This document shows, one piece after another, positions 19,410-64,000 of a stretch of 64,000 bases of DNA; the first letter of the stretch is position 1, and each line of letters begins with the position of its first letter. A program made the translations under genes and the position numbers. The stretch lies in the NCBI RefSeq assembly GCF_009914755.1, contig NC_060941.1, one strand, 5' to 3'. The DNA comes from the human T2T-CHM13v2.0 reference genome, Homo sapiens. The notes beneath the pieces are model-generated. The model was not told the origin of the DNA and did no database searches. It was given only the letters and a program-made list of their open reading frames with translations.

Positions 19410-20068
19410 ACCTATTGTCTCTCAGCTCCAAACCTACCCTTTTATGCTGTGCTCTGTGACAATGGGGCCAAGATTCTGCAAACTTCATTTCCAAGACTCC
19501 TTTGCTAGCTCCTTCCTGTTCTGTTCACCAAACCGGAAGGCAGAAAGGTAAGAAAAGGGCCTTCCTTCCTATTTCCCAGCTGTTATCAGTATTGCTCCAG
19601 CTGTAACAGAGACTTAATTCCAGTCTCTAGCTTCTTTCAACAGTCTGGTGAAAAGCCATAGAGGTACCAGCAGCAGTGGGTTGTGGCTCTTTGGCAGTCA
19701 GAATATCAACCTTGCCATGCTCACTCATCCTCTGGACCTCACTGCCTGGGCCTATCAATCACCTGTCAGGCCAAGGATCTGAGTACCAGCTACCCAAAGC
19801 TTATGCCCAGAGGTCCAGGCACCAGCCCTCCAGGAGACCTCCACCAAGCTCCTAGTTCTGGTAACACTACCTCCCCTTTTGTTCTCCCAGACTTAGAGGT
19901 GATAGCTACTTCCTCTAGTTATTAACTCTGGGGTACCTCAGCATGCCTTTTTTGTTGTTGTTCTTTTATTCTTCTAACACCCAATTATGCAATTCTCGCT
20001 ATTGAATGTTCTCTGTTTATAACACCTACTACAATTTATTTTCCTTGTGACTGCACCTTGACTGATAG
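19410..20068. mobile_element. LTR33-like ERVL LTR
   Basis: ctcagctccaaacctaccctttt...attctgcaaac... resembles recalled LTR33 consensus. Confidence 0.5.
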
Positions 20069-20294
20069 ACCCTCCAAAAGAGTGTTCAGAGGATTAAATA
20101 AGATAGTGGACATAAGCTCCTTTGTACACCGTTTGATAGACAGCTGTTTTCTTTTCCTATTCCCACCTTTTCTTCCTTTCCCCTACAATTTAAACTTGAT
20201 GGGGCAGTAAGGTGTCTTTTCAAAATAAGAAGGTATGATTAAAATCTTCCCACATGCAGCACAATATCTAGCTTTCTGTGCACATATAGTTTTA

Positions 20295-22288
<1,994 letters not shown>

Positions 22289-22419
22289 TCATTTAACTGT
22301 CCACATAAAACAGGTATATCTGGCTGTAAATTATTCCTCAGTAAAGTTGGCTTTTAAAGAACTGTTACTAATGGTATTGAAAGGTAACACAGAGAATAAG
22401 GCTAAGGAAGTACCCACAC

Positions 22420-22530
22420 CTTGAAAATCAGCAACTGTAAGTATGGCACAATCAAACATTTCTTCATCTGTCCTCATTATCTTCAACCCTCTAGGCACCT
22501 CCACTTCATATCCCACGAGTATTTCAAAGT
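22420..22530 (-). other. ACACA: 111-nt cassette exon 5B, non-coding in the linear frame
   Basis: Acceptor tgacatttttgtatcctcag|ACT at 22531/22530 and donor AAG|gtgtgg at 22420/22419. The size matches my recollection of human exon 5B. Phase-2 entry reads AG|A CTT TGA (stop). Confidence 0.85.
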
Positions 22531-22739
22531 CTGAGGATACAAAAATGTCAATCAAAATGCAAACTAGGACTGATCTTCTTAGGAACTTCCATTTTTCCAT
22601 TACCCCATATACATTTAGATACCTAACCAATACCATGTGCTCTCCGGCAGTAATATAATCTACTCTATTACAGCTTGGCTTTCTCAACAACAGGAATCCA
22701 CCACTGCATTATAGTATTTTTGTCAGTACTACTCCAATT

Positions 22740-23350
<611 letters not shown>

Positions 23351-23719
23351 TGCTCAAACATTTTTGAATGGTGATTATTATTTATTAATTATTGACAACT
23401 ACACAAAATAACACTATTTCTGAGTACTCGCTATGGGACAGACACTATGCTAAGCTCTTCACATGCACTGGCATATTAATCCTCGCAATAATGCTATGAT
23501 GTTTGAGCACCATTTTACAAGTGAGGCTCAGAGGGATTAGGTAACTTGCCCATGATCATTCACACAGCCAGAAGTAACAAAACAGATCTGAATTCAACCT
23601 TTCTGACTCTAAGTCCTTGAACTTGATACCCTACAATACTGCCTCAAGTTAACCTGCACTGAATATAGTCACAGTTAATTATTCACTGTATATCCATGTA
23701 AATAATTATGTTTTTAGAG

Positions 23720-24610
<891 letters not shown>

Positions 24611-25581
24611 CTTTAGAGCAAATACCAGGTGATGTTTCTTTAAAACAGTTTTTGGAGAACAAATTTCTTAGATCTTTGCTGCCCATGTCTTCCAATGTTT
24701 ACATATAAGCCCCAAATACATGCCAGTCATACTAACCATTACAAATCTCAATTCTCTCAAGAACTGAAAGAACACCTGATGATGTTATTAAATAAATGAC
24801 TGATACGATTATACTAATCTGAGATGACATATACTAAATAAATGTAGTCTTATAGTTATCAAAAAATTAAGATAAAATTAAACATGAAGGAAAGGGCAAG
24901 AGTAAAAGGCAGTGCCTTTTAGGAGAATTTTTTTTTTCATTGAAACTGTAAAAATGTGAAGATACTAGAATGTTAATTTGACTGCTCTAAGAAGTAATTT
25001 TTTAACTTTGCACAAAACATAGTATGAATGTCATATATTCAATTAAAAATGTGCTTATGCATCTAGTAAGCAAAGCTGAACTACCCTTGCGGAAATGTGT
25101 TACCTGTTCAATGGCCTAAGGGATAATAGGTAATTTTAAAGAGGGTGATACGAGCATTTGTAGAGCTCTATATAACTGTATAACATCATGTAAATTTGTA
25201 TGATTTTGTTTTGTGAATATAGTTTCAACTTGCTAAGTAAAGCAGTAAGGGGCAAACACTAAACTTACCAGTTAAAAAGCATTAAACAGTTAGACTTTGT
25301 AATGATAGTCTTTCAAGGTTTACCCTTGCTGCCATTATGCTGCTATGAAATTCTCAAAGCATCTTGAGAAAAACAAGCTTTGATTCCCCTTGGAACTTTC
25401 TAAACAGGGCAAAGTATATAAAGTCCTCTCAAGGGAAAGCCAGAAGTTAACAAAAAAAAGGCATTCTATAAGCAAGTTAAAAGAAAGATCAGACTTTAAA
25501 CATAAGCATTTTTCTGTGCATCATCCTGAAAGATTTCAAAATGAAAAGAAGAGAATAAAAAAGGATAAAGAGTTTAAGAAA

Positions 25582-31662
<6,081 letters not shown>

Positions 31663-32287
31663 AGCAAATCATTCAAGTCTTTTATGTCAATTCTCTGCAG
31701 GGAGGTGCAGACCTGCAAGAGGCCTGAAGAAGGCCCAAGAAGGCCTGACTCATTTCCTCCTCAGCCTGAGTTCTAATGGCAATAAGAAAGGTCCCAAAGT
31801 GAAGGAGTTCGGCATCCTGAACAACTCTGTCTGACTACATACCACAATTACAGCAGGCACCTTTCCTAGCCCCAGACACACATTCTAAAAAAGTTTTCTG
31901 CAAAACTATACAATATCTTTCCTTTACAGCAGTTGAAGAGACTTCACTGGAAATACTAGCCAAATCCAGGGAGTAAATCTGATACATCTGAGGTTCCCTT
32001 CAGGAAATAATAGCACAGCAGGGTCTGCATGGGGTGCTTGTTTTCAACGTAGCTAAAATATCACACATGGGCTCAGGGATCTTTTATTCAAATTCCCAAT
32101 ATAAAATAAAGGTTTAGACATTCAGGAGCCAATATGCCCATTTTTATTCATTTTCTTAAAAAAAATAGCCTTCATTTTTTAAAGATAGAAAAAAAATGAT
32201 CAAATAAATCTCAGGGCTTAGCTGTCAGTACCTTACTGTTTTTTTAAAGATATATATATTACCCAAATGTGGTAGCCTAACACTTAC

Positions 32288-32340
32288 CTTTGAAGCATGT
32301 AATATCTCATTTCCTTATTTTCCTCTGGAGAACCCTCCAT
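32288..32340 (-). CDS. ACACA: Alternative first coding exon 5A (promoter III isoform), MEGSPEENKEMRYYMLQ plus 2 nt of Arg
   Basis: Minus strand reads gatATGGAGGGTTCTCCAGAGGAAAATAAGGAAATGAGATATTACATGCTTCAAAG|gtaagtg. Strong Kozak context, perfect consensus donor, and phase 2 matching the exon 6 acceptor. I recognise the peptide as the PIII N-terminus. Confidence 0.95.
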
Positions 32341-33050
32341 ATCAAGATGGGAAAAGAATGGAAGCTTTTTCTTCAGATTTCGGCCTTGTAAACACAAGCC
32401 GCAGTTCCTCCTCCTGTTGCAGCTGCTTAAAACCCAGGAGGACAAGAGATACTGTGCCTTCTGCCTGGCTTCAGTCAGACTAGAATACTCCTGATGGCCT
32501 CAAACTATAGTCTTTTTGTCTAATTGTTCCCAATTTCCTTCTTTCCCCACCTTTCTCTTCCTTTTTGCATCTTCTCTCCTCCACACACTTAGCTTACACA
32601 CACAATTAGTTGATTTCCCAAGGGAACTGAGAGGAGCCGGGGAGAAATATAAAAGCTTGTTTAACTAGAAAGTAGATCTTAGCAGCTCTCCTTTAGTTGC
32701 AGCAAACATTTTCAACAACAGTCACTTTCTTCTGACAGTCAACGGAGAAAAGCTCCACTGCCTCTCCTGGCTGCCAGGAGCACATGACAGGGAAAGCCCA
32801 GGACAAAAAGACCAAATTTACAAGGACAATTAAGCCAAGAAAATAATGGGCTCATGAAATCCAGAGGGAGGAGCACAGCTCGGTCTAAAGAGGTAATTTC
32901 TGAGATCCAATCAAAACAAATAATACCAATTATCAGACTGCACGGTGGGGAAAAGCAGGTCAGGTGGGAAAGTAAGCACGTAGAAAGGAAACACGCCACT
33001 ACTAGGGAACTTAGAATCAAGTGTGAGCCACGATTCTAATTTTCAGGCCA
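32341..33050 (-). promoter_or_regulatory. Exon 5A 5'UTR and internal promoter III region; TSS not locatable from sequence
   Basis: Repeat-free sequence upstream of the 5A ATG. Contains inverted CCAAT boxes (32907-32911, 32926-32930), E-boxes (CACATG 32781-32786, CAGGTG 32961-32966) and an AGGTCA half-site (32957-32962). Confidence 0.65.
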
Positions 33051-34599
33051 AAGTAGTGGTATATATAGACACCTAAACTAAGGTTTTATGCACCAAAGCT
33101 TGAGAATAGGAATGGAGCTGGTACAAAACGGATACAGAAAAGATTGTGGGTTAAACCCTTAAAAGGAAAAGAGACCCTGACAAATATTTTGGAGGTCTAA
33201 CCCCCTTAAGCAGGGAAGAAAAATCCTGCCTAGAAAGACTACTTACTGAGACACATATATTACTATGAAAGCAAATTTGCCACAGACAGATCTCTTAAAG
33301 AAATAAACACTAGCTGAATGTTATCTTGTAATATCTTCCTGTTTTTAGCTTTTACTTAAGTAGATGCTCATGATATTCTGTGTATTAGGAGAAAAATCAA
33401 TGGCAAAAGACCCTAAAGGCTTAGAATCTATAGAAAGACAACTTCCTGAGGCAAGTCCTCAGGACTGTACACCAAATCTAACCTGAATCATGAACCATAA
33501 AAAATTTATTCCCATCAAAATGCTGGATAGAAATAGTTAACAATCTGATGCCAACCACGCTGAGAATATATTAAGCTTCCAGAAAAACCTTCAAAAACAG
33601 AAGTACACAAATGACCTGGAGCATAGATAGAAGTTAAATAATCAGATAAAAGATAAATGATTACAACAAACAAACATTGATCTGAAGGACATTCGGGCAA
33701 CTTAAGTTGTAAAGACTCAAGTTGCCCAAATTTGAAAGCAACTCAATCAGGCCACCCAACATGACAACCAGCTATAATAAAAAATGGAAGTCCTGGTTGT
33801 TCTCTGGTCTGTACTTCACATCATCCCTTCCACAATGTGCCAATGCCCATTAAGTTAGTCAAGTTTACTTTCCCTTTAAAGAACCAAGCTGACACAGAGG
33901 AGCCCTTCTATCTTTACGTCTCTTCAGAATAACCTGTCTCAAAAATAGAGCACTGCAGCCTTTGTTCAGGAAAGTTCAGTAGCCACAGATGAGAAGCTGC
34001 TCAATTTTACACACACTTAAGTGTCTACAAAACAAACTTGTTATACAAGTTCACCATTCAAAAATGCAAATAAAGCACTAAGTGTAAAAATAAGGCAGAC
34101 TATTTTGCACTCAACTATATCAGAAAAATATACTAAAGAGGCACACTCAATAATCGAGTTTATGCTTCCTTTCACCAAACGGATCTTTCTACGACAACCA
34201 AACACTAACACAGCATACCCAGGTCCAAAAGCAAAGCTAGAGATCTATATAGATCTTTTATAGACACTGCTGCTCACAATCTTTCTCTAATATTAGAATA
34301 CAAGAAATAAAAAGCCACATTCATTTCTCCAAATTTAAAGCATCCCCCTTTTAATCTACCATGAACAGTGTCCAACGTAGACACATACCTGGCACAAAAT
34401 CCAACTAGAAGCCCACACTGATCCCAGCATTGTAACATGCCAAACACCAAGGATGACGTAGCAGTTTACCCGGCAGACAGTGATGCATTCGCTAGCTTGA
34501 CTGCAACACAGTCTGAGTTATACTGCAGCACACACACTGTGAGAGACTGTTTTACATTGGGTTTTTACAAGCAGAGAAATCTTGGATCAAGGATGTGTC

Positions 34600-41660
<7,061 letters not shown>

Positions 41661-41664
41661 ACTA

Positions 41665-45950
<4,286 letters not shown>

Positions 45951-46159
45951 GATACATTTGGCAGATCAGGATATCCTGGAACCCAAATTCAATATTCTGA
46001 ACACTCTGAAGAATCTTTCCTTGATGAACTCCTAGACATTTTCCTGACTAATGGAGTCCCAGTTTCATGACTATCATTAGATTTTACTAGGGAGGAGGTT
46101 AGAATTTTTACTTATGAAGAATTATTAAATTTAGCATTTTGAGATAAGAATTTTGGGGG

Positions 46160-48311
<2,152 letters not shown>

Positions 48312-48339
48312 TAAACATTGTTTTCCATTTTACAGATGT

Positions 48340-49130
48340 CTTATGTCTGAGCTGTATTTACTTACAACACTTTGACACCGAATGTACAGGTTTTTTTCCA
48401 TATCAACAACCAGTTCTGTCCAGCTACCAACTGGGAGTCTCACAATTGAATTCTTATATTAATTACCCAGAGTTAGCACAGATCCTACAGGTTAATGGCT
48501 CAGTCCCACAAGACTGTCCCCTACTTCAGATACCAGTTGCAAATCCCAGCCACCTATACTCCTGACCAACCAGCTATAAATCGGAGATTCCCATGACCCC
48601 TTCCTCGTGTTTGATAATTTGCTAGAATGACATACAGAACACAGGAAAAGAGTTTACTTACTATTACTGCTTTATAAAGGATACAACTCAGGAACTCAGG
48701 AAGAGACATATAGGGCAAGGTATGGGGGAAGGGGCACAGAACTTCCAAACCTTCCTCCAGGCATACAGCTCTACCAGAACCTCTATGTGTTGACCATCCC
48801 AGAAGCTCTATGAACTCTGTTGTTTACAAGGTTTTATGGAGGTTTCATTAAGTAGGCATGGCTGATTAAATCTCTGGCCACTTGTGATTAGCTCAATTTT
48901 CAGCCCCTTGCCCCTCCCTGGAGGTTAGAGAGCAGACTTGAAAGTTCCAATTCTCTAATTATTCCTTGGTCTTTCTGGTTAACAGACCCCAGCCTGAAGC
49001 TATCCAGGGGCCCTCAGACCCCAGTCATCTCATTATCATAAAAGATACTTACCGGTCAAGAAATCCCAAGGGCTTTAGGAACTGTGTGCCAGGAACCAAG
49101 GATAGAGACCAAATGCTTATTTATTATCAC
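48340..49130 (-). mobile_element. MER21-family LTR
   Basis: ggctcagtcccacaagactgtcccctacttcagata... and ctgaccaaccagctataaatcgg match recalled MER21. The minus strand starts TGTGATA. Confidence 0.75.
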
Positions 49131-49306
49131 AGTATGACATGAAAGACCCTTAATGACCTGACCTCTGTCTTACCGGCCTCTTCTTTTGCACCAACCATGC
49201 TGCCCACCTTCCATTGCAGTAATAGTCAATGACTTGTAATTGCCTGAAAATGCTAGACGTTTCACTGATACTTCTGCACATTGTCTACCCTACCAGCTCT
49301 ACCCTT

Positions 49307-49309
<3 letters not shown>

Positions 49310-49342
<33 letters not shown>
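49310..49342. repeat. (CA)n microsatellite
   Basis: Directly visible. Confidence 0.95.
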
Positions 49343-49344
<2 letters not shown>

Positions 49345-49559
49345 CTAACTTTGCTAGCCTTTTTTCTGTTCATCCTTCAAATTCTAGTTCAAACATCTCC
49401 AAGACCTTATTGGACCCTTAACAGAACTCATTGAGCCCACCATAATAATAATTAGTACTGTTGTGAGTATTAGAAATAATGTTAAGCACCTGTGACACAA
49501 TGTTTGGCTAGACACTAACATATCCTATGGGTAACAAGAACCCTCTGAAGTAGTGTCAT

Positions 49560-54980
<5,421 letters not shown>

Positions 54981-55452
54981 CTAGGAGCTTATTCCAAACT
55001 CATTAACATACTATGACTAGTATCATGGGAGAAACTTTACAAATTATTTATAATTACAAAAGAGCTCAAAATTTTCTAGTTAAATTATTCTGAAGAGTCC
55101 AACATCTTTACAGGCAATCTCATCTGAATTCTCAATTTTCAAAAATATTGGTAAAGTACTTTTCTTTCTAGATCAGAAAAGAAATAGAAATATAACTCAA
55201 CTTCAGAGCCCTTCCTGAGTGAATATACTTTCTCCTTCCAAAGCAACAACTATTGTCTTGAACCCCAGTGATAGACATCTTACGCTGGTTTTAGGTATAC
55301 ACATATAACAGCAAATACAGATTGTTCTCAGATAAAGTTGTTAACCAAACATGCTTCATTTTATGTTAACCATAAAATGAAGATCATTCAGTGACTTGAA
55401 CATATGTTTTAAGACACATGAGAGAAAATTGAGATCAAGTTTCAAATACTAT

Positions 55453-56303
55453 TGATATGGGAAGGGGACAGGGAAGTGCTGGGTAGAGAAGGGCAGAGTC
55501 CCTGTCAAGGGCTCCACCTTTGACCTGTACCTATGGACCTAAGTGAGAACAGGCATGCCTGTTTTTGCATCCAAATGCTTCATTTTCCAAGACCACTCTG
55601 GCCTGCAACACCCCCAATCCTGTGCCCAAATAAACCCGAGACCACAGCAGGCACAGACACAAGTGATTGAACATCAAGAGGAGCAGAGGAACAGACCAGC
55701 AGACACCAGCAGGCCAGCAGACTTGCAATGGTGGAACGACAAGGCAGAGAAAGAGAGGAGGGACGTCTGGACACCGAGGGGAATTCAACTCGGGGCCGTC
55801 AGAGAAGAGTCCGGCCTCCAGGAGCCCTGATTCCTGGGGAAGACCACCTCCCTACTCCAGCCCCTCCTTCCAGCTCCCCATCCATGTCGCTGAGAGCCAC
55901 TTCCACCACTCAATAAAACCTTGCACTCATCCTTCGAGCCCACATGTGATCCAATTTTTCTGGTACACTGGGCAAGAGCTCAGGATACAGAAAGCTGTCA
56001 CACTGGCCCTCTGCCCTTGCAATAAGGCAGATGGTCTATTGAGCTGGTTAACACAAGCTGTCTGCAGACAGCAAAGCTGAAAGAGCACACTGTAACACAT
56101 GCTCACTTGGGCTTTCAGAGTCGCAGACACCACCCCAAGATGGTGCCGTGGGGCTGGAGCCCAAAAGTGCTTCCCATGGCTGTTGCACCTGCCCATCTGC
56201 ATCCTCCCCTTAGGGGTTTGAGCAGTGGGGCAACCGAAGGAGCAAGCAAGACACATCCCTGTGGTACATCCTGCAAGGGAGATGAGGGAACTCTCCTGTT
56301 TCA
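55453..56303 (+). mobile_element. Complete ERV1 solo LTR (LTR1-like), antisense to ACACA
   Basis: TG...CA termini, 4-bp TSD CTAT (55449-55452 and 56304-56307), AATAAA at 55912-55917. Confidence 0.88.
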
Positions 56304-56322
56304 CTATAACATGAAGTATACA

Positions 56323-59871
<3,549 letters not shown>

Positions 59872-60767
59872 TCACCCAGTCTTTCATTGGACTCTAGAAA
59901 ATACATGAGGCAAATCATCTCCATCGCAGGAAAAGTCTATTTTCTATTTGGGCTCATCCATCATACCACTAGACTTCTCAGCACCTAAACTTGAGAGAGA
60001 GACTCAGTCCCATCTTACATTATGGCAATTACTTCATTTGGTTTCAGATGACCTCCAGTTAACATCTCCTAGGAATGTACCTGCCCCCTTAATCTATGTC
60101 ACCCATGAAGGATTAGGCTATTCGTTCTAAGAGCTGATCCTAAACTCAACTTAGTCTCTATTTAACTTTGAGTTCCAGGAGTGAAAAGGAGCATCTGAAT
60201 CAATATCTTCATTTTTATAGATGACTCCAAGGAGATAATATGTACTGTCCATGGTCACACACCTAATTAGTGGCAGATGTCATAACAGAGGTCTTTCACC
60301 TATCAAATGAATTTGACTCAATTAAAATTACCCCAAAGGTCACCATATCCAGAAGTGACTTAAGGAATGGATAAACAGAAAACGTTTTTTCTATTTTAGA
60401 ACATTAGCTAGCTGAGGAGTGAGTTGGAACTGGCATTGTCTCCTTTCCATGCTGCTGATCACACTTCAATCCATGGCTCCTCCACGAGCTACGGACATGA
60501 TTTTTGCAACAGTAAGGCATGCAAAGAAATTCCAGACACTCATGCCACTGACCACATAGACTTTGCATAAGAACCATCAACTTTGGGAATGACTTGGCAA
60601 CTACAAACTGCCTTGTGATATCACTAGCTGAGTTTCTTATAACACATTTATCTCACCATAGCCAAACTCAGTTTCCTAATCCAGCAAATGGATATTATGT
60701 TTCACATAGACTCAAACTGGACAGATTTCTCAAGGTGCTGTGTGGTTTTATGGATTTAGAGTTAAAC

Positions 60768-60960
60768 CAGTCTTTCTCAACAGGGGCACTACGACATTTT
60801 GAGTAGCAGATTTCTTGGTTGTGTAGGATTATCTACTATACCACAGAAGGTTTAGTATCATTGGTCCTTTGTCCTTTGTCCGATAAATGCAAGTAGTCCT
60901 GCCAGTCACAACCCCCCAACACACTTCCAAATGACCTCAAGAGAGAAGAATGCCACCACT
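60768..60960. mobile_element. MER20-like hAT relic
   Basis: cagtctttctcaac...ggcactacgacattttg...aaatgcaagtag resembles MER20. Confidence 0.55.
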
Positions 60961-61279
60961 AGTATTAACCTTAGAGCCAATCATTAAGTGAACTATAAAA
61001 TAAAAAATGTTTACATAAAGACCTAATCCCTTTTCCCTGCCACTAAAATACTGCTCTCTATTCCTCTTTTTAACCCAGAGATAATGCTTTGTTCACTAAC
61101 TCCATAAAACCAACTTTGTCTGAACTAGTTATATAATTAAGACACCTGTATGGACGGGAAAGTAGAGTAGAAAAGTTAGTGAAATAAAATCAGGATATGA
61201 GTTTGAATCCAAGTTCTCTGGCTATTCAAACTTAGGCAAGTTATTTCTCCTCATTGGGCCTTAGTTTTCCCAACTATCA

Positions 61280-61408
<129 letters not shown>

Positions 61409-61811
61409 CTATTTAAATAATGTTTTAAATTAATTTTTTAAAATAAAATAAAATAAAAAGTGTTAGGCTAAATTATCTCTCTGGTTTATTACAATTCTAG
61501 GAACCTGTGAAGTAAAACATAATTAACTTGCTTTACACTTTTCTTTTGACCTCTACATAGCTAAATGAGGGTGACCACTAACGAACACTGCCTAGTCTCT
61601 CAGAAGCCCCGATCCCAAGCCCCAGGGATAACAGTAAGACAGAACAATCACATCCAGCCAGATCTCATACAGGATTTTATTATAGAGTTGATATATTTAG
61701 TGTATAAAATAGAGCTGAATTATTTTATGACCCATTAATAATAAAGGTGCCAAGATAGTAACAGCAACAACAGCCACCCTAACTTATGTTATCTAGGGTA
61801 CACCTATAATC

Positions 61812-61972
61812 TGAATGCTGGCTGTACACAACAATCACCTGGATACCTTAAAAAAAAGCCCCAGTTCCACACCAAGCCAGTATCAAATGAATCGAAATCT
61901 CTGGGGATGGGGCTTATCTCCCAAGGCTCCCCGAGGTGATTCTGATGAACAGTGAGAACCAAGAACCACTGA
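61812..61972. mobile_element. MER5A-like hAT relic
   Basis: aatcacctgg...gaaatctctggggatgggg...aggtgattctgatg...agaaccactg. Confidence 0.65.
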
Positions 61973-62365
61973 TCCAGACCTTTTAATCCAAGAACTGAAA
62001 AGTAAATGACCAAAGGTTAGTATCTCACACGCTAGTTATATAATCAAACATCGATAAATAAAAACAATCTAGTGTTACTATGTACTGACATTCTCAGTTA
62101 GGGAGAACTGTGTTTCTAGAGAAAAAGGAGAGCTCTATTAACAGCCCTTTATTGGGGACTGGCCCTGCTAGAAACAGAATATAACTTCCTGACAATCTGA
62201 TGAATTAGTTCAAAAAAACTTACTACGAAGTTGACAACACCTGGAGAAGTCCTATCAATCATCAAGATAGTTAGAACAATGTTAGTCAAAGTAGTACAAA
62301 AACTGATGTTCCTCAACCTAACTCTTACTCACTAGGTCTCACTGAAAGACCTAGCAGGTAGAAGT

Positions 62366-63061
<696 letters not shown>

Positions 63062-63180
63062 TCAGTGACATAGGAAAAGGCAAAGCAGTCTTAGCTGAAA
63101 TCATCCTTGCTCTTTTCAGAACATAATCAGCAAAACTAACAAGACAGATTAAATAAGTAGACCATTGAACTCTCTCTTAC

Positions 63181-63407
63181 CTTATGTGCAAGGCCAAGCC
63201 ATCCTGTAGGCTAGAGATCCCCAAATCAGAGAGTGTATCTGAGCCAACAGAAGCAGGTGACAAGGAGCCCTCCTTCTCCTCCAGTAGGTCCAACTTCACC
63301 AGGTTGCTGATCTCATCCTCTGAGTTATCTTCAGACACAGAACCTATTATGAATCGAGAGTGCTGGTTCAGCTCCAGAGGTTGGGCCAAGGGAGATGGTT
63401 CATCCAT
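63181..63407 (-). CDS. ACACA: ACC1 first coding exon of the major isoform (exon 5), aa 1-75 plus 2 nt of Arg76
   Basis: Translates MDEPSPLAQPLELNQHSRFIIGSVSEDNSEDEISNLVK...DGLALHI. The ATG is in strong Kozak context (ataATGG). Donor AAG|gtaaga at 63181/63180, phase 2. Confidence 0.98.
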
Positions 63408-63433
63408 TATTCCTCCAAAATGAGCTCTTACAG
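63408..63433 (-). other. ACACA: 5' part of exon 5: UTR for the major isoform, in-frame coding (AVRAHFGGI) for the N-terminally extended isoform
   Basis: Acceptor ctttctcacttttcattttctccatag|CTG at 63434/63433 makes the whole exon 253 nt. No stop lies between the acceptor and the ATG in frame. Confidence 0.9.
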
Positions 63434-64000
63434 CTATGGAGAAAATGAAAAGTGAGAAAGGCAGGTTATGAATAATAATCTATATCTGAGGTCAGCCAGA
63501 GGTTATATCTAATAAACCATAGCTGAGACGTGGAAGCAAGGCAATTTGAGAACTAACTTCCTTGGCTATTCTATTTCAGGGCCTTTAATTTCTACAAGGG
63601 AGGAAAATTGAGATCATGATAACTATGCCCATAAATTAAAACCAGTTCCCTTTTCCTCAAAGAAATTTTTCTCAAAAGCCTATAAGGCATTCCTAATCTC
63701 ATTTTCATTTGGTGGTGTCCAGGAAATAATTATGATCAATGGGGAAACCTTTGCAGTAGGAAAAAGCTGCTTGTTGTGATATTGATATTTTGGTTGTTAG
63801 TAATGGGGGAATAAATGGTAAGGGTCTGGATAGAGTAATGGTTGTTTGAAATAATATTTAAACTACATAATGCTCATCTGGCTTCAAACACTATATATTG
63901 AGAGGCTATAACTTTTATTTTATTATTTATTTATTTGAGACAGGGTCTCACTCTGTCACCCATACAGCATGCAGTACTACAATCATGGTTCACTGCAGCC

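Noticed and set aside
22331-22690. 119-aa ORF as a standalone gene
   Set aside because: It has a non-ATG start and no promoter or poly(A) evidence. Only the 111 nt inside splice sites matter, as the open frame of 5B.
32647-32654. TATAAAAG as the PIII TATA box
   Set aside because: It is on the plus strand, opposite to ACACA, and probably inside the 5A leader. Nothing else supports an antisense promoter.
63184-63423. Plus-strand 79-aa ORF
   Set aside because: It is the antisense shadow of ACACA exon 5.

Overview
This is primate, almost certainly human, genomic DNA: the 5' part of ACACA (acetyl-CoA carboxylase 1) on the minus strand. It is not a prokaryotic or phage window, and I found no CRISPR array, operon, rRNA or tRNA gene. 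I reconstructed eight canonical coding exons (63433 down to 3753). All have GT-AG boundaries and compatible phases, and together encode residues 1-336 of ACC1: the N-terminal regulatory tail, the AMPK site Ser80 and the first part of the biotin carboxylase domain. The 45-kb intron after the MDEPS exon holds two exons the ORF track does not call. One is the alternative first coding exon of internal promoter III (exon 5A, MEGSPEENKEMRYYMLQ). The other is a 111-nt cassette exon (5B) that is closed by stops in the linear frame. Exons 5B+6+7 total 383 nt, the size I recall for circACC1, and are flanked by inverted Alus. The most interesting observation is that back-splicing enters exon 5B in its only stop-free frame, giving a 133-aa ORF that runs more than once round the circle and has a unique 45-aa C-terminus. 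The rest is repeat-rich intron: dozens of Alus (many nested), L1/L2/MIR, DNA transposon relics, solo LTRs and a truncated ERV1 provirus with a tRNA-Arg primer binding site. Exon numbers follow the older ACACA literature. Repeat subfamily names are from memory of consensus sequences, and repeat edges are approximate unless a TSD is quoted.
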